Of a stretch of DNA of 24,000 nucleotides, positions 11,151-19,846 are shown one piece after another; within the stretch, counting starts at the first letter, position 1; each line of letters starts with the position of its first letter. The position numbers and the translations under genes were made by a program. Source of the DNA: Rouxiella sp. T17 (GTDB lineage: Bacteria > Pseudomonadota > Gammaproteobacteria > Enterobacterales > Enterobacteriaceae). The DNA is taken from assembly GCF_036663475.1 (NCBI RefSeq), contig NZ_JAWUEA010000032.1, positions 1 through 24,000 of the forward strand. The letters run 5' to 3'. A model generated the notes under the pieces. It saw nothing but the letters and a program-made list of their open reading frames with translations. It was not told the origin of the DNA and ran no database searches.

Positions 11151-12422
11151 ATGAATTATATAAAAAATACTAATTTCTGGACGTTTGGGCTGTTCTTCTT
11201 TTTCTACTTTTTCATCATGGGTGCCTACTTTCCCTTTTTCCCGATCTGGTTGCACGACATCAACCACATAAACCAGAGCGATACCGGGATCATCTTTGCC
11301 TGTATCTCTTTCTTCTCGCTGGTATTTCAGCCCGTATTTGGGCTGCTTTCAGACAAGCTCGGCCTGAAAAAACATCTTTTGTGGATTATCACGGGCATGC
11401 TGGTGCTGTTCGCGCCGTTCTTTATTTACGTGTTCGGCCCGCTGCTGCAAACCAATATTCTGCTTGGCTCGATTGTTGGCGGTATTTATCTCGGCTTCAT
11501 CTATAACGGAGGCGCGCCTTCAATTGAGGCCTATATCGAGAAGGTAAGCCGTCGCAGCAACTTTGAATTTGGTCGTGCGCGAATGTTCGGCTGCGTCGGG
11601 TGGGCGATTTGCGCCTCGGTCGTTGGCATCATGTTTACCATTAATAATCAGTTTGTGTTTTGGTTAGGCTCAGGCTGTGCCGTCATTCTGGCGATTCTGC
11701 TGCTGATTGCCAAACCGGCGGTCGGCTCCAGCGCGCGAGTTGCCAATGAACTGGGGGCTAATTCCAAACCTTTCAGCCTGCGTCTCGCGGCGGAACTGCT
11801 GAAAGACAAAAAACTGTGGTATCTCGGACTCTATGTAGTGGGCGTTTCCTGCACCTATGAAGTTTTCGACCAGCAGTTTGCCAACTTCTTTACCTCGTTT
11901 TTCAGCAGCCCAAGTGAAGGAACGAGAGTTTTCGGCTACATCACCACGTTAGGCGAACTACTTAATGCGTTGATTATGTTCTTTGCTCCCGCCATCGTTA
12001 ACCGGATTGGGGGCAAAAATGCGCTGCTGCTGGCCGGTGCCATTATGTCGATTCGCATTATCGGCTCCTCGTTCGCCAGTACGCCGGTTGAAGTGGTGCT
12101 ATTGAAAACGCTGCATATGTTTGAAATTCCTTTCCTGATTGTTGGCTGTTTCAAATACATTACCTCCGTGTTTGAAGTACGCTTCTCGGCCACCATTTAT
12201 CTGGTCTGTTTCTGCTTCTTCAAACAGGTAGCGATGATGTTTATGTCAGTGTTTGCCGGTGACATGTACGGCAAAGTCGGTTTCCACGGCACCTATTTGA
12301 TCCTCGGACTTATCGCGCTGGCCTTTACCTTGCTGTCTGTTTTTACTCTCTCTGGAAGAGGTCCGCTACAGGCATTTAAAACGCCTTCTGCAATCGTCGA
12401 TAAGCCTCTCAACAATGTCTGA
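11151..12422 (+). CDS. lacY: Lactose permease (MFS, oligosaccharide:H+ symporter)
   Basis: It is collinear with E. coli LacY ([40 protein letters not shown]...). I moved the start to the ATG at 11151 (TGAGGA RBS 7 nt upstream). The track start at 11145 is a TTG two codons earlier. Confidence 0.97.
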   Translation: MNYIKNTNFWTFGLFFFFYFFIMGAYFPFFPIWLHDINHINQSDTGIIFACISFFSLVFQPVFGLLSDKLGLKKHLLWIITGMLVLFAPFFIYVFGPLLQTNILLGSIVGGIYLGFIYNGGAPSIEAYIEKVSRRSNFEFGRARMFGCVGWAICASVVGIMFTINNQFVFWLGSGCAVILAILLLIAKPAVGSSARVANELGANSKPFSLRLAAELLKDKKLWYLGLYVVGVSCTYEVFDQQFANFFTSFFSSPSEGTRVFGYITTLGELLNALIMFFAPAIVNRIGGKNALLLAGAIMSIRIIGSSFASTPVEVVLLKTLHMFEIPFLIVGCFKYITSVFEVRFSATIYLVCFCFFKQVAMMFMSVFAGDMYGKVGFHGTYLILGLIALAFTLLSVFTLSGRGPLQAFKTPSAIVDKPLNNV

Positions 12423-12553
12423 AAAGCGTGCAACACGACCGGCTAAGTTGGCAGTTAAGGGAAATCTTGGTTACCCTTATGGGCTTGGGCATCATTCTTT
12501 GTGCGTTTTTGCACGAATGTCTGGTTTTATTATTGCTTGCTAGGGTGTGTTGA

Positions 12554-13474
12554 ATGGAAGATTTAAACGTGGTGAATGGCCTGGAAAGTGCCGGAACGTG
12601 GTTAGCCAGAAATCAGGCATTACTGATTCATTATGCGGTCAATGTCGTGGCCGCCATTTTTATCCTGATCGTCGGTTTGATGGTCGCAAAAGCGGTCTCT
12701 AAAGGCGTAAGCCGTGTGATGCACCTGCGTGGCATCGACCTGACCGTCTCTGACTTCCTGTCGGCGCTGGTGCGTTACGCCATTATCGCCTTCACGCTGA
12801 TTGCCGTGCTGGGCCGTATCGGCGTGCAGACGACCTCGGTAATCGCCGTTATCGGTGCCGCCGGTTTGGCCGTAGGTTTAGCCTTGCAGGGTTCGCTGTC
12901 GAACTTCGCGGCGGGCGTGCTGCTGGTTATTTTCCGTCCGTTCCGCGCGGGTGAGTATGTTGATTTGGGCGGTGTAGCCGGTACGGTAACTCACGTGCAA
13001 ATCTTCTCTACTACGCTGCTAACGCCTGATAACAAAGTCATTGTTGTGCCAAACGGTAAGATTATTGCCGGCAACATTACCAATAATTCACGCGAACCGA
13101 CCAGCCGTACCGACCTCATCATCAGCGTTTCCTATGATGCCGAAATTGCCAAGGTGAAGCAGGTATTAGGTGATCTCGCCAATGCCGATGAGCGCATTCT
13201 CAAAGATAAAGGTGTAGTTGTCCGCATGAACGAAATGGGTGCCTCGACGCTGGATTTCGTGGTGCGTTACTGGACCACCAACGGCGACTCGCAGAACGTA
13301 AAATGGGACCTGCTGGAGCAGTTTAAAGAAGCGCTGGATGCCAACGGTATCGGCATTCCTTATCCGCAGATGGACGTGCATTTGTTCCGTAGCGCCGAAG
13401 CCAAAGAAGCCGATGCCAAAGAAGCAGAAGCCAAAAATGCAGAAGCTAAAGTTGCTTTGACCAAAGCAGACTAA
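12554..13474 (+). CDS. mscS: Small-conductance mechanosensitive channel MscS, with a low-complexity Ala/Glu/Lys C-terminal tail
   Basis: It is collinear with E. coli MscS (MEDLNVV..., [31 protein letters not shown]). About 20 extra residues follow the conserved YPQMDV ([26 protein letters not shown]). Confidence 0.96.
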   Translation: MEDLNVVNGLESAGTWLARNQALLIHYAVNVVAAIFILIVGLMVAKAVSKGVSRVMHLRGIDLTVSDFLSALVRYAIIAFTLIAVLGRIGVQTTSVIAVIGAAGLAVGLALQGSLSNFAAGVLLVIFRPFRAGEYVDLGGVAGTVTHVQIFSTTLLTPDNKVIVVPNGKIIAGNITNNSREPTSRTDLIISVSYDAEIAKVKQVLGDLANADERILKDKGVVVRMNEMGASTLDFVVRYWTTNGDSQNVKWDLLEQFKEALDANGIGIPYPQMDVHLFRSAEAKEADAKEAEAKNAEAKVALTKAD

Positions 13475-13507
13475 CTTTTGGTAAGTTCATAAATTCTGAT
13501 AAGTTCG

Positions 13508-13540
13508 AAAAAACGCCCTGATTTCAGGGCGTTTTACTTT
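13508..13540. terminator. Bidirectional Rho-independent terminator between mscS and the convergent orphan gene
   Basis: AAACGCCCTG-attt-CAGGGCGTTT, a GC-rich 7-bp core with an A-run on one side and a T-run on the other. Confidence 0.85.
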
Positions 13541-13598
13541 CTACTATTTTTTAGCTCATACTTTATAAGTGATAAGCCGACCAGTCCTTGTACTGTCT

Positions 13599-14369
13599 TC
13601 AAATAGATTCAACGTTTCTTTTTAAGATAGTCAGTTTTTCGATTTTTTTAACCGCTACAAAGTCTTTGCCTACGCCTCTCATAATGTTGCCATACAGTTG
13701 GTATTCGCCTGCTGCTATCCTCGCCGTATCGAAGGTGAATTCTGGCGTCGTGCTGACATATTGAACTAATGAGTGATTCGCATCTTTAGCGTAAATCTCC
13801 CAAATATATTTCACATTACCTGTGATATTACTTTTGAGTGAAACATTGAGCGGCTTACCCTGCGTAATGACTCGGCTGCCCTCGATATTTGCCGTTGCCG
13901 CAGCAAAAATCATTTTTACCTGGCTAGAAGACGTTTTACCTTCTTTATTGGTGACGGAAAGTTTAAAAATAGCTTCATTTTGTTGAGAGACACTTGGCGG
14001 GTTAATTCCCTTTTTTACTTGAGCAAAAACCGTTTTTCCGTTCATCGATTTTCCGGTTTTTATTGGACCTTCGCCACCGGATGCCAGTTCCATTGGAACA
14101 GTACTGTGAAGCACTTCCCAATGATAAGAAACAGCATTCTTGCTCAGGCTGCCATCAAGAAGATTCTTGTTACCCGGCCAACCGTTTATCTTAAGTTTAG
14201 TTTGGTCCTTACCCGCATCGGCAATAGGCAACGCGTTAGCCTCTTTTGCAGCTATTTCAGCTGAATATGTTGGCAAGGCAGTATTGTTATGGGTGGCCAA
14301 AGCATTTGCACCGTAAAATGCAGAACAGGTTGTGATGGCAATAACTGAAAGCTTAACGAGTTTTTTCAT
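13599..14369 (-). CDS. Hypothetical secreted protein, apparently two tandem PKD/Ig-like beta-sandwich domains
   Basis: A 256-aa ORF is the only long ORF in a markedly AT-rich segment. The signal peptide is MKKLVKLSVIAITTCSAFYGANALA. PKD-like landmarks occur twice: PIADAGKDQT...LDGSLS...SYHWEV...FKLSVTNKEGKTSSS, then NVSLKS...KYIWEI...FTFDT...GEYQLYGNI. No catalytic motif was recognised. The RBS is weak. Confidence 0.7.
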   Translation of the reverse strand: MKKLVKLSVIAITTCSAFYGANALATHNNTALPTYSAEIAAKEANALPIADAGKDQTKLKINGWPGNKNLLDGSLSKNAVSYHWEVLHSTVPMELASGGEGPIKTGKSMNGKTVFAQVKKGINPPSVSQQNEAIFKLSVTNKEGKTSSSQVKMIFAAATANIEGSRVITQGKPLNVSLKSNITGNVKYIWEIYAKDANHSLVQYVSTTPEFTFDTARIAAGEYQLYGNIMRGVGKDFVAVKKIEKLTILKRNVESI

Positions 14370-14670
14370 ATTCTTTTTTATTATCTCTTTAATATCCTAA
14401 AAATAAATAATGCCGCTGAGCAGCCTATTTGTTATGCGTAGCTTTATCTCGTCAGCTATTTTTTAGACCGCCAAGTTTTACTCGCTGAGGTTATTAAAGG
14501 CTTGTGAAGTGGATTATCAAAACATCTTTCAATTAAAAAACTTTTTATGATTAAAGTTAAAAATATGTTTTTAGTATTTATTTTTAATTCTTTATCAGTA
14601 AGCATAAATTTTTAAAAACGGTTTTATTTAAATTAAGTCGGTTTTTTTATCAAGAAAAAAGCCTCGTCTT

Positions 14671-14687
14671 CATTAGTTAGGCTAATG
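14671..14687. promoter_or_regulatory. Candidate LysR-type (ArgP) box CATTAG-ttagg-CTAATG upstream of argO
   Basis: It is a perfect 6-bp inverted repeat containing a T-N11-A core, 91-107 bp upstream of the argO ATG. E. coli argO is ArgP/Lrp controlled. This is a motif-level guess. Confidence 0.3.
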
Positions 14688-14777
14688 CTCAATAAGTAAT
14701 ATCAATTTCCTCTAATGATTACCTTGCCTTACACTTCGGCTCATTATCTCTAGTGACCCATGTTTTAAGGAAGGATC

Positions 14778-15395
14778 ATGTTTTCTATTTTCTTGCAGGG
14801 AATGATGCTGAGTGCCGCGATGATTTTGCCTATCGGGCCGCAGAATGCCTTTGTGATGAATCAGGGCATCCGCCGCCAGTATCATTTAATGATTGCCGCG
14901 CTGTGCGCTTTTAGTGATATCGCACTGATCTGCGCCGGAATATTTGGCGGCAGCGCGCTGCTCGACAGTTATCCGACGCTGCTATTTATCGTTAGCTGGG
15001 GTGGCGTCGCCTTCCTGCTGTGGTTTGGTTGGGGCGCGTTTCGCACCGCGCTGGCGGCCAATCCACAGTTATCCGAAGCAAAGGTTATGGTGCAGAGTCG
15101 CTGGCGAATTGTAGGCAGCATGATGGCCGTGACCTGGCTCAATCCGCACGTTTATCTCGACACTTTTGTCGTGCTTGGCAGTCTGGGCGGACGCCTCGCC
15201 AGCGATGAACGCTCGTGGTTCGCACTCGGCGCGGTCGTCTCTTCAACGCTTTGGTTTTTTGGGCTGGCGATTTTGGCGGCGTTACTTTCACCGTGGTTAA
15301 ACAAAGGCAAAACACAGCGCGCGATTAACCTGGTGGTTGGCATTGTGATGTGGGGAATCGCGCTGCAACTTGCGCTGCAAAACCTGAATTTGTGA
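14778..15395 (+). CDS. argO: Arginine exporter ArgO (LysE family)
   Basis: 205 aa, collinear with E. coli ArgO/YggA ([41 protein letters not shown]). An AAGGAAGGA RBS is present. Confidence 0.95.
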   Translation: MFSIFLQGMMLSAAMILPIGPQNAFVMNQGIRRQYHLMIAALCAFSDIALICAGIFGGSALLDSYPTLLFIVSWGGVAFLLWFGWGAFRTALAANPQLSEAKVMVQSRWRIVGSMMAVTWLNPHVYLDTFVVLGSLGGRLASDERSWFALGAVVSSTLWFFGLAILAALLSPWLNKGKTQRAINLVVGIVMWGIALQLALQNLNL

Positions 15396-15495
15396 GGTGT
15401 TTCCAAGAATTTGCTTACGTTTTGTCACTAATCTTATTTCGTTGGCAATTGACTATGCTAGGGTGTTAGCTCACCAGATGACTGAGGGAAACACT

Positions 15496-16230
15496 GTGAA
15501 ATTGAAAGCATTGGCTATGGCCGCCATGTTGGGATTAGGGACATTACCTGCTGCGCTTCAGGCTGCCGAAGTGCCAGCGGGTCCGCATGTGGTAACGTCA
15601 GGTACAGCTAGCGTCGATGCCGTTCCAGACATCGCCACGCTCGCCATTGAAGTCAATGTTTCCGCGAAGGACGCGGCGTCTGCCAAAAAGCAGGCTGACC
15701 AGCGCGTCGCCGAATATTTTGCGTTTTTACAAAAGAATAATATCGACAAGAAAGACATCAACGCCGCCAATCTGCGCACCCAGCCGGAATATGATTATCT
15801 GAAAGATGGCAGCAGCGTGCTGAAAGGCTATCGCGCGGTACGACAGGTGCAGGTAACGCTTCGCCAGCTTGATAAACTCAACGAGCTGCTCGACGGCGCA
15901 TTAAAATCAGGTCTGAACGAAATCCGTGCTGTCGAACTGGGCGTTGCCAACCCAGATACCTATCGCGATCAGGCTCGTCAAAAGGCCATTGATAACGCGA
16001 CCCAGCAGGCAAAAGCGCTGGCAGAAGGCTTCCACAGCCAGCTCGGACAGGTTTACAGCATCCGCTACCACGTCGCCAACTATCAGCCGATGCCGGTTGC
16101 CAGAATGTATAAAACCGCCGACGCCGCGGGCCAAAGTGACGCCGCGCAAACCTACGAGCAGCAAAGCATTCACTTCGACGATCAGGTCGACGTAATCTTT
16201 GAACTCAAAAACGGCGACGCGCCTAAATAA
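15496..16230 (+). CDS. yggE: SIMPL-domain periplasmic protein YggE (oxidative-stress associated)
   Basis: It is strongly similar to E. coli YggE (GPH.VTSGTASVDAVPDIATLAIEVNV.AKDAA.AKKQAD). I place the start at GTG 15496 (GAGGGAA RBS, signal peptide VKLKALAMAAMLGLGTLPAALQA) rather than the track start at 15397. The ATG at 15478 is an alternative. Confidence 0.92.
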   Translation: MKLKALAMAAMLGLGTLPAALQAAEVPAGPHVVTSGTASVDAVPDIATLAIEVNVSAKDAASAKKQADQRVAEYFAFLQKNNIDKKDINAANLRTQPEYDYLKDGSSVLKGYRAVRQVQVTLRQLDKLNELLDGALKSGLNEIRAVELGVANPDTYRDQARQKAIDNATQQAKALAEGFHSQLGQVYSIRYHVANYQPMPVARMYKTADAAGQSDAAQTYEQQSIHFDDQVDVIFELKNGDAPK

Positions 16231-16260
16231 AGCAAATACTTATCCAGCATCACCAAAGCA

Positions 16261-16380
16261 AAACTCTATAGATTTCGAGCTACAGGTAGGCGGCAAGTGA
16301 GTGGATCTTGGGAGCTTAGCTAACTAAGTGACCGAGATCCACGAAAGCAGCCAACACCCCTGTAGTTTGAAAGATGAAGA
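16261..16380. repeat. ERIC (enterobacterial repetitive intergenic consensus / IRU) element, full length, about 120 bp
   Basis: It matches the ERIC consensus along its length: ...GGCGGCAAGTGAGTG.ATC..GGGAGCTTA...TAAGTGAC...CAGCCAAC.CCCCTG.AGTTTGAA.... The central imperfect inverted repeat is GTGGATCTTGG / CCGAGATCCAC. It lies between convergent yggE and argP. Confidence 0.9.
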
Positions 16381-16383
16381 GTT

Positions 16384-17286
16384 TTAGTCTTGGCGCAGGA
16401 CTTGGTGCCCATGGGAAAGAAGCGCGTCTGTGACCTTGCGCATCATGCGGCTCTCTGGCGCAAAACGGTGCCAGTACAGCATCCTGCGTTGCAACAGGCC
16501 CGGCGTTAAGTCGATCAGCTCGCCGCTTTCCAACTCTTTTTCGATCTGCAAATGCGGGATCATACAGCAGGTAGTGCCTTGACGCGCCAGCTGCACGAAG
16601 GCTTCCGAGGAGTTAACGATGTGGCAAGGTACGCTGCCCGGCGACAAATCGAAATACTGCTGCAAGAAGGCCTGATGCATGTCGTCGAGATGGTCGAAGG
16701 CGACGGCGGGCGCTTTTAGCAGCGCCGAGCGGGTGACGCCATTCGGGAAATAACGTTCGGCGAAACCTTTCGAGGCGACAAACAGGTAATCTAGTGCGCC
16801 CAGTTGATCGACCAGACAGCTCGGCAGCGGCTGCGGCTGAATACTCACCGCACCGACGACTTCGCCACGACGCAGACGTTCTTGCGTACGCGTTTCATCT
16901 TCTACCTGCAAATTCAGGCGGATAGGCGAATCGACCAGCACGGATTTCAGCGCGGGTAACAGCCAGGTTGCCAGACTGTCGGCGTTTACCGCCAGCGACA
17001 GCAGAAGAGGCGTGTCATTGCTATCATTAATATTGTCGCTTCCCAGCCACTCTTCTTCGAGCAGCTCTACCTGATGCAGCAACGCCAGCAGTTTTTGACC
17101 CTGTTCGGTTGGCCGTGGCGGAACGGTCCGCACCAGCAGCGGCTGGCCGAATAAATTTTCCAACTGTTTAATACGTTGCGAAACGGCGGATTGGGTAATG
17201 CACAGCTTTTGGGCCGCGCGTTCAAAACCGCGTTCACGGATCACAGCGTCCAGCGCTTGCAGCGTTCTATAGTCTGGGCGTTTCAT
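16384..17286 (-). CDS. argP: LysR-family transcriptional regulator ArgP (IciA)
   Basis: 300 aa, near-identical blocks to E. coli ArgP ([43 protein letters not shown]..., ...[16 protein letters not shown]). Confidence 0.97.
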   Translation of the reverse strand: MKRPDYRTLQALDAVIRERGFERAAQKLCITQSAVSQRIKQLENLFGQPLLVRTVPPRPTEQGQKLLALLHQVELLEEEWLGSDNINDSNDTPLLLSLAVNADSLATWLLPALKSVLVDSPIRLNLQVEDETRTQERLRRGEVVGAVSIQPQPLPSCLVDQLGALDYLFVASKGFAERYFPNGVTRSALLKAPAVAFDHLDDMHQAFLQQYFDLSPGSVPCHIVNSSEAFVQLARQGTTCCMIPHLQIEKELESGELIDLTPGLLQRRMLYWHRFAPESRMMRKVTDALLSHGHQVLRQD

Positions 17287-17352
17287 CGAAAATCTATTCC
17301 TTGGCTCGTTCGGGATTCACACATATTCAGACACTATGCCACAGTTCCGCGA

Positions 17353-17371
17353 AATTTGTGGCGCACAAAAT
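17353..17371. promoter_or_regulatory. Palindrome AATTTGTG-GCG-CACAAAAT in the argP/rpiA divergent region, a candidate LTTR autoregulatory box
   Basis: The 6-7 bp arms form an inverted repeat enclosing a T-N11-A pattern, 67-85 bp upstream of the argP start codon. Confidence 0.3.
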
Positions 17372-17489
17372 CTTCTGTTTATCGGCTACGGCTCCGCTCG
17401 CGTCTTGCTTTATACTAGTCAGAACTTGATGACTCCTTTCTATATCCACCGAGCTATATTCAAAGAGCTATCTTACAAGAGAAAATATT

Positions 17490-18149
17490 ATGACTCAGGA
17501 TGAACTAAAAAAAGCGGTAGGCTGGGCAGCGCTGGACTACGTTACGCCGGGCACCATCGTTGGCGTCGGCACGGGCAGCACGGCCGCGCATTTTATTGAT
17601 GCATTAGCCTCGATAAAACATCAGATTGAAGGCGCGGTTTCCAGCTCGGACGCCTCTACCGCCAAGCTGAAGAGTTACGGCATTCACGTTTTTGACAGCA
17701 ACGAAGTCGACGAGCTGGATATTTACGTCGATGGCGCAGACGAAATTAACGGTCACATGCAGATGATCAAAGGTGGCGGCGCAGCGCTTACCCGCGAAAA
17801 AATCATCGCCGCGATTTCACGCAAGTTTATCTGCATCGTCGACGCCACCAAACAGGTCGACGTGCTGGGTAAATTTCCGCTGCCGGTGGAAGTGATCCCG
17901 ATGGCGCGCTCCTACGTGGCGCGTGAGCTGGTCAAATTAGGCGGCCTGCCCGAGTATCGTCAAAACGTGGTGACTGACAACGGCAACGTGATCCTCGACG
18001 TGCATAATCTTGAAATCCTCGACGCCATCGCGCTCGAAAATAAAATCAACAGTATTGCCGGCGTGGTCACCGTGGGCCTGTTTGCCAATCGCGGCGCTGA
18101 TATCGCGCTTGTCGGCACCTCGGAAGGCGTAAAAGTGGTCAAGCCGTAG
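17490..18149 (+). CDS. rpiA: Ribose-5-phosphate isomerase A
   Basis: 219 aa, collinear with E. coli RpiA ([62 protein letters not shown]). Confidence 0.98.
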   Translation: MTQDELKKAVGWAALDYVTPGTIVGVGTGSTAAHFIDALASIKHQIEGAVSSSDASTAKLKSYGIHVFDSNEVDELDIYVDGADEINGHMQMIKGGGAALTREKIIAAISRKFICIVDATKQVDVLGKFPLPVEVIPMARSYVARELVKLGGLPEYRQNVVTDNGNVILDVHNLEILDAIALENKINSIAGVVTVGLFANRGADIALVGTSEGVKVVKP

Positions 18150-18224
18150 CAAAACGGACATGAATTAACGCGTCGACGATAAGCTCACGATCTATTTCAC
18201 TCCCTGGTCATAATTTGATGTTAT

Positions 18225-18260
18225 GAAGATGATAATTTTCAGCCTGAATCATCTTTTCTT
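18225..18260 (+). terminator. Possible weak terminator after rpiA
   Basis: AAGATGAT-(14 nt)-ATCATCTT stem followed by TTCTTC. The stem is AT-rich and the loop is large, so confidence is low. Confidence 0.3.
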
Positions 18261-18275
18261 CAAAGCGGCGAATTT

Positions 18276-18291
18276 GGTGACTTATGTCACA
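18276..18291 (+). promoter_or_regulatory. Candidate CRP site GGTGA-CTTATG-TCACA upstream of serA
   Basis: It matches TGTGA-N6-TCACA at 9/10. E. coli serA is reported to be under Lrp and cAMP-CRP control. The site is about 245 bp upstream of the serA ATG. Confidence 0.4.
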
Positions 18292-18533
18292 CAATGACGC
18301 CGTTTTAATGTTTACCTCCATATTATTCTGCATTGTAAGCGTTACGTGCTGAAAATCAGGGGCGCGATCAGGGCTTGTGCTATCGGGTAGGCAATCGTTT
18401 GTATTGCCCGACGCTAAAATTTTGTTATGTTGACTGTGAACTGCTTCAAGCAGTGACTTCTGAAGTCTGCATTCAGCATGAATAACTTTCGGTATGCGTT
18501 ACTGCCGGTATGAATAAATAGTAGGGTCGGGAA

Positions 18534-19772
18534 ATGGCAAAAGTATCACTCGGAAAAGACAAAATTAAGTTTCTGCTGGTGGAAGGTGTCCATCAAAGCG
18601 CGATCGACACGCTTCACGCCGCGGGTTATACCAATATTGAGTTTCATAAAGGGGCGCTGGATAGCGAAGCGCTGAAAGAGTCCATCCGTGATGCCCATTT
18701 CGTCGGAATTCGATCCCGTACCCAACTGACTGAAGAGATCTTTGCCGCCGCCGAAAAACTGGTTGCCGTCGGTTGTTTCTGTATCGGTACCAATCAGGTG
18801 AACCTGAACTCCGCCACCAAGCGCGGTATTCCGGTATTTAACGCGCCGTTCTCCAACACCCGTTCTGTTGCTGAAATGGTGCTGGGCGAAATGCTGCTGA
18901 TGATGCGCGGCATTCCGGCGGCCAACGCCAAGGCGCACCGCGGTATCTGGAACAAGCTGGCGGTGGGTTCGTATGAAGCCCGTGGCAAGCGTTTGGGTAT
19001 CGTCGGCTATGGCCACATCGGTACGCAGCTGGGCATTCTGGCCGAAGGTCTGGGCATGAAGGTTTACTTCTACGACATCGAAAGCAAGCTGCCTCTGGGC
19101 AACGCGCAGCAGATTGCCAGCCTGAACGAACTGCTGAATACCAGCGACGTGATCACCATGCACGTGCCGGAAACTGCCAACACCAAAGATATGATTGGTG
19201 CCGAGCAGCTGGCGCAGATGAAACCAGGCTCGCTGCTCATCAACGCCTCACGCGGCACGGTTATCGACATTCCAGCCCTGTGCGACGCGCTGCGCAACAA
19301 GCACTTGTCCGGTGCGGCTATCGACGTATTCCCTGAAGAGCCAGCGACCAACAGTGACCCGTTCACCTCGCCGCTGTGCGAATTCGACAACGTGATCCTG
19401 ACGCCACACATCGGCGGTTCGACCATGGAAGCGCAGGAAGGCATCGGCTTTGAAGTGGCCGGTAAATTGGCGAAGTACTCAGACAACGGTTCTACTTTGT
19501 CTGCGGTCAACTTCCCGGAAGCGTCGCTGCCAATGCACAGCGACAAAGCCAGCCGTCTGCTGCACATCCACGAAAACCGTCCGGGCGTGCTGACCAGCAT
19601 CAACCAGATCTTCGCCGAGCAGGGCATCAACATTGCCGCGCAGTATCTGCAAACCAGCCCTGAAGTCGGTTACGTGGTTATCGACGTTGAAGCCGATATC
19701 GAAACCGTAGACACCGCGCTCCAGCTGATGAAGGCTATCCCGGGCACTATCCGTGCGCGTCTGCTGTACTAA
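18534..19772 (+). CDS. serA: D-3-phosphoglycerate dehydrogenase
   Basis: 412 aa, collinear with E. coli SerA, including the NAD fold GI.GYGHIGTQLG and the C-terminal ACT-domain end ...KAIPGTIRARLLY. Confidence 0.98.
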   Translation: MAKVSLGKDKIKFLLVEGVHQSAIDTLHAAGYTNIEFHKGALDSEALKESIRDAHFVGIRSRTQLTEEIFAAAEKLVAVGCFCIGTNQVNLNSATKRGIPVFNAPFSNTRSVAEMVLGEMLLMMRGIPAANAKAHRGIWNKLAVGSYEARGKRLGIVGYGHIGTQLGILAEGLGMKVYFYDIESKLPLGNAQQIASLNELLNTSDVITMHVPETANTKDMIGAEQLAQMKPGSLLINASRGTVIDIPALCDALRNKHLSGAAIDVFPEEPATNSDPFTSPLCEFDNVILTPHIGGSTMEAQEGIGFEVAGKLAKYSDNGSTLSAVNFPEASLPMHSDKASRLLHIHENRPGVLTSINQIFAEQGINIAAQYLQTSPEVGYVVIDVEADIETVDTALQLMKAIPGTIRARLLY

Positions 19773-19798
19773 TCCTTAGCAATCTTCTTTTGCAGGAT

Positions 19799-19830
19799 CA
19801 AAAAAGGGCATCGAAAGATGCCCTTTTTAC
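19799..19830. terminator. Bidirectional Rho-independent terminator between convergent serA and ygfA
   Basis: AAAAA-AGGGCATC-gaaa-GATGCCCT-TTTTT. Confidence 0.9.
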
Positions 19831-19846
19831 GTTTTTAACTACAAAA

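Noticed and set aside
12423-12553. Looked for a lacA remnant or pseudogene downstream of lacY.
   Set aside because: Only 131 bp are present before mscS, with no open frame or hexapeptide-repeat acetyltransferase signature. lacA is simply absent.
13544-14466. 11-bp direct repeat CTATTTTTTAG at 13544-13554 and 14456-14466 bracketing the orphan gene, a possible target-site duplication.
   Set aside because: The repeat is short and low-complexity in AT-rich DNA. The AT-rich tract continues about 200 bp beyond the right copy, and no inverted repeats or mobility gene are present. Coincidence is plausible.
14547-14615. 22-codon hydrophobic mini-ORF (MIKVKNMFLVFIFNSLSVSINF) in the AT-rich spacer, toxin-like in appearance.
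   Set aside because: There is no Shine-Dalgarno and no antisense RNA structure. AT-rich DNA readily yields Phe/Ile/Asn/Lys-rich frames by chance.
18223-18297. 24-codon ORF (MKMIIFSLNHLFFKAANLVTYVTQ) in the rpiA-serA spacer. I also considered a Sib/Ibs-like type I toxin locus, since E. coli carries sibC/ibsC between serA and ygfA.
   Set aside because: There is no RBS, and it overlaps the putative rpiA terminator hairpin and the CRP site. The serA-ygfA gap here (74 bp) is filled by a terminator only, so no Ibs/Sib-like element is present.
18546-19633. Large antisense ORFs within serA (18546-19163, 18794-18988, 19070-19633).
   Set aside because: They are antisense to a gene that is collinear with E. 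coli SerA. No motifs were seen, and the composition is typical of reverse frames in GC-rich third-position genes.
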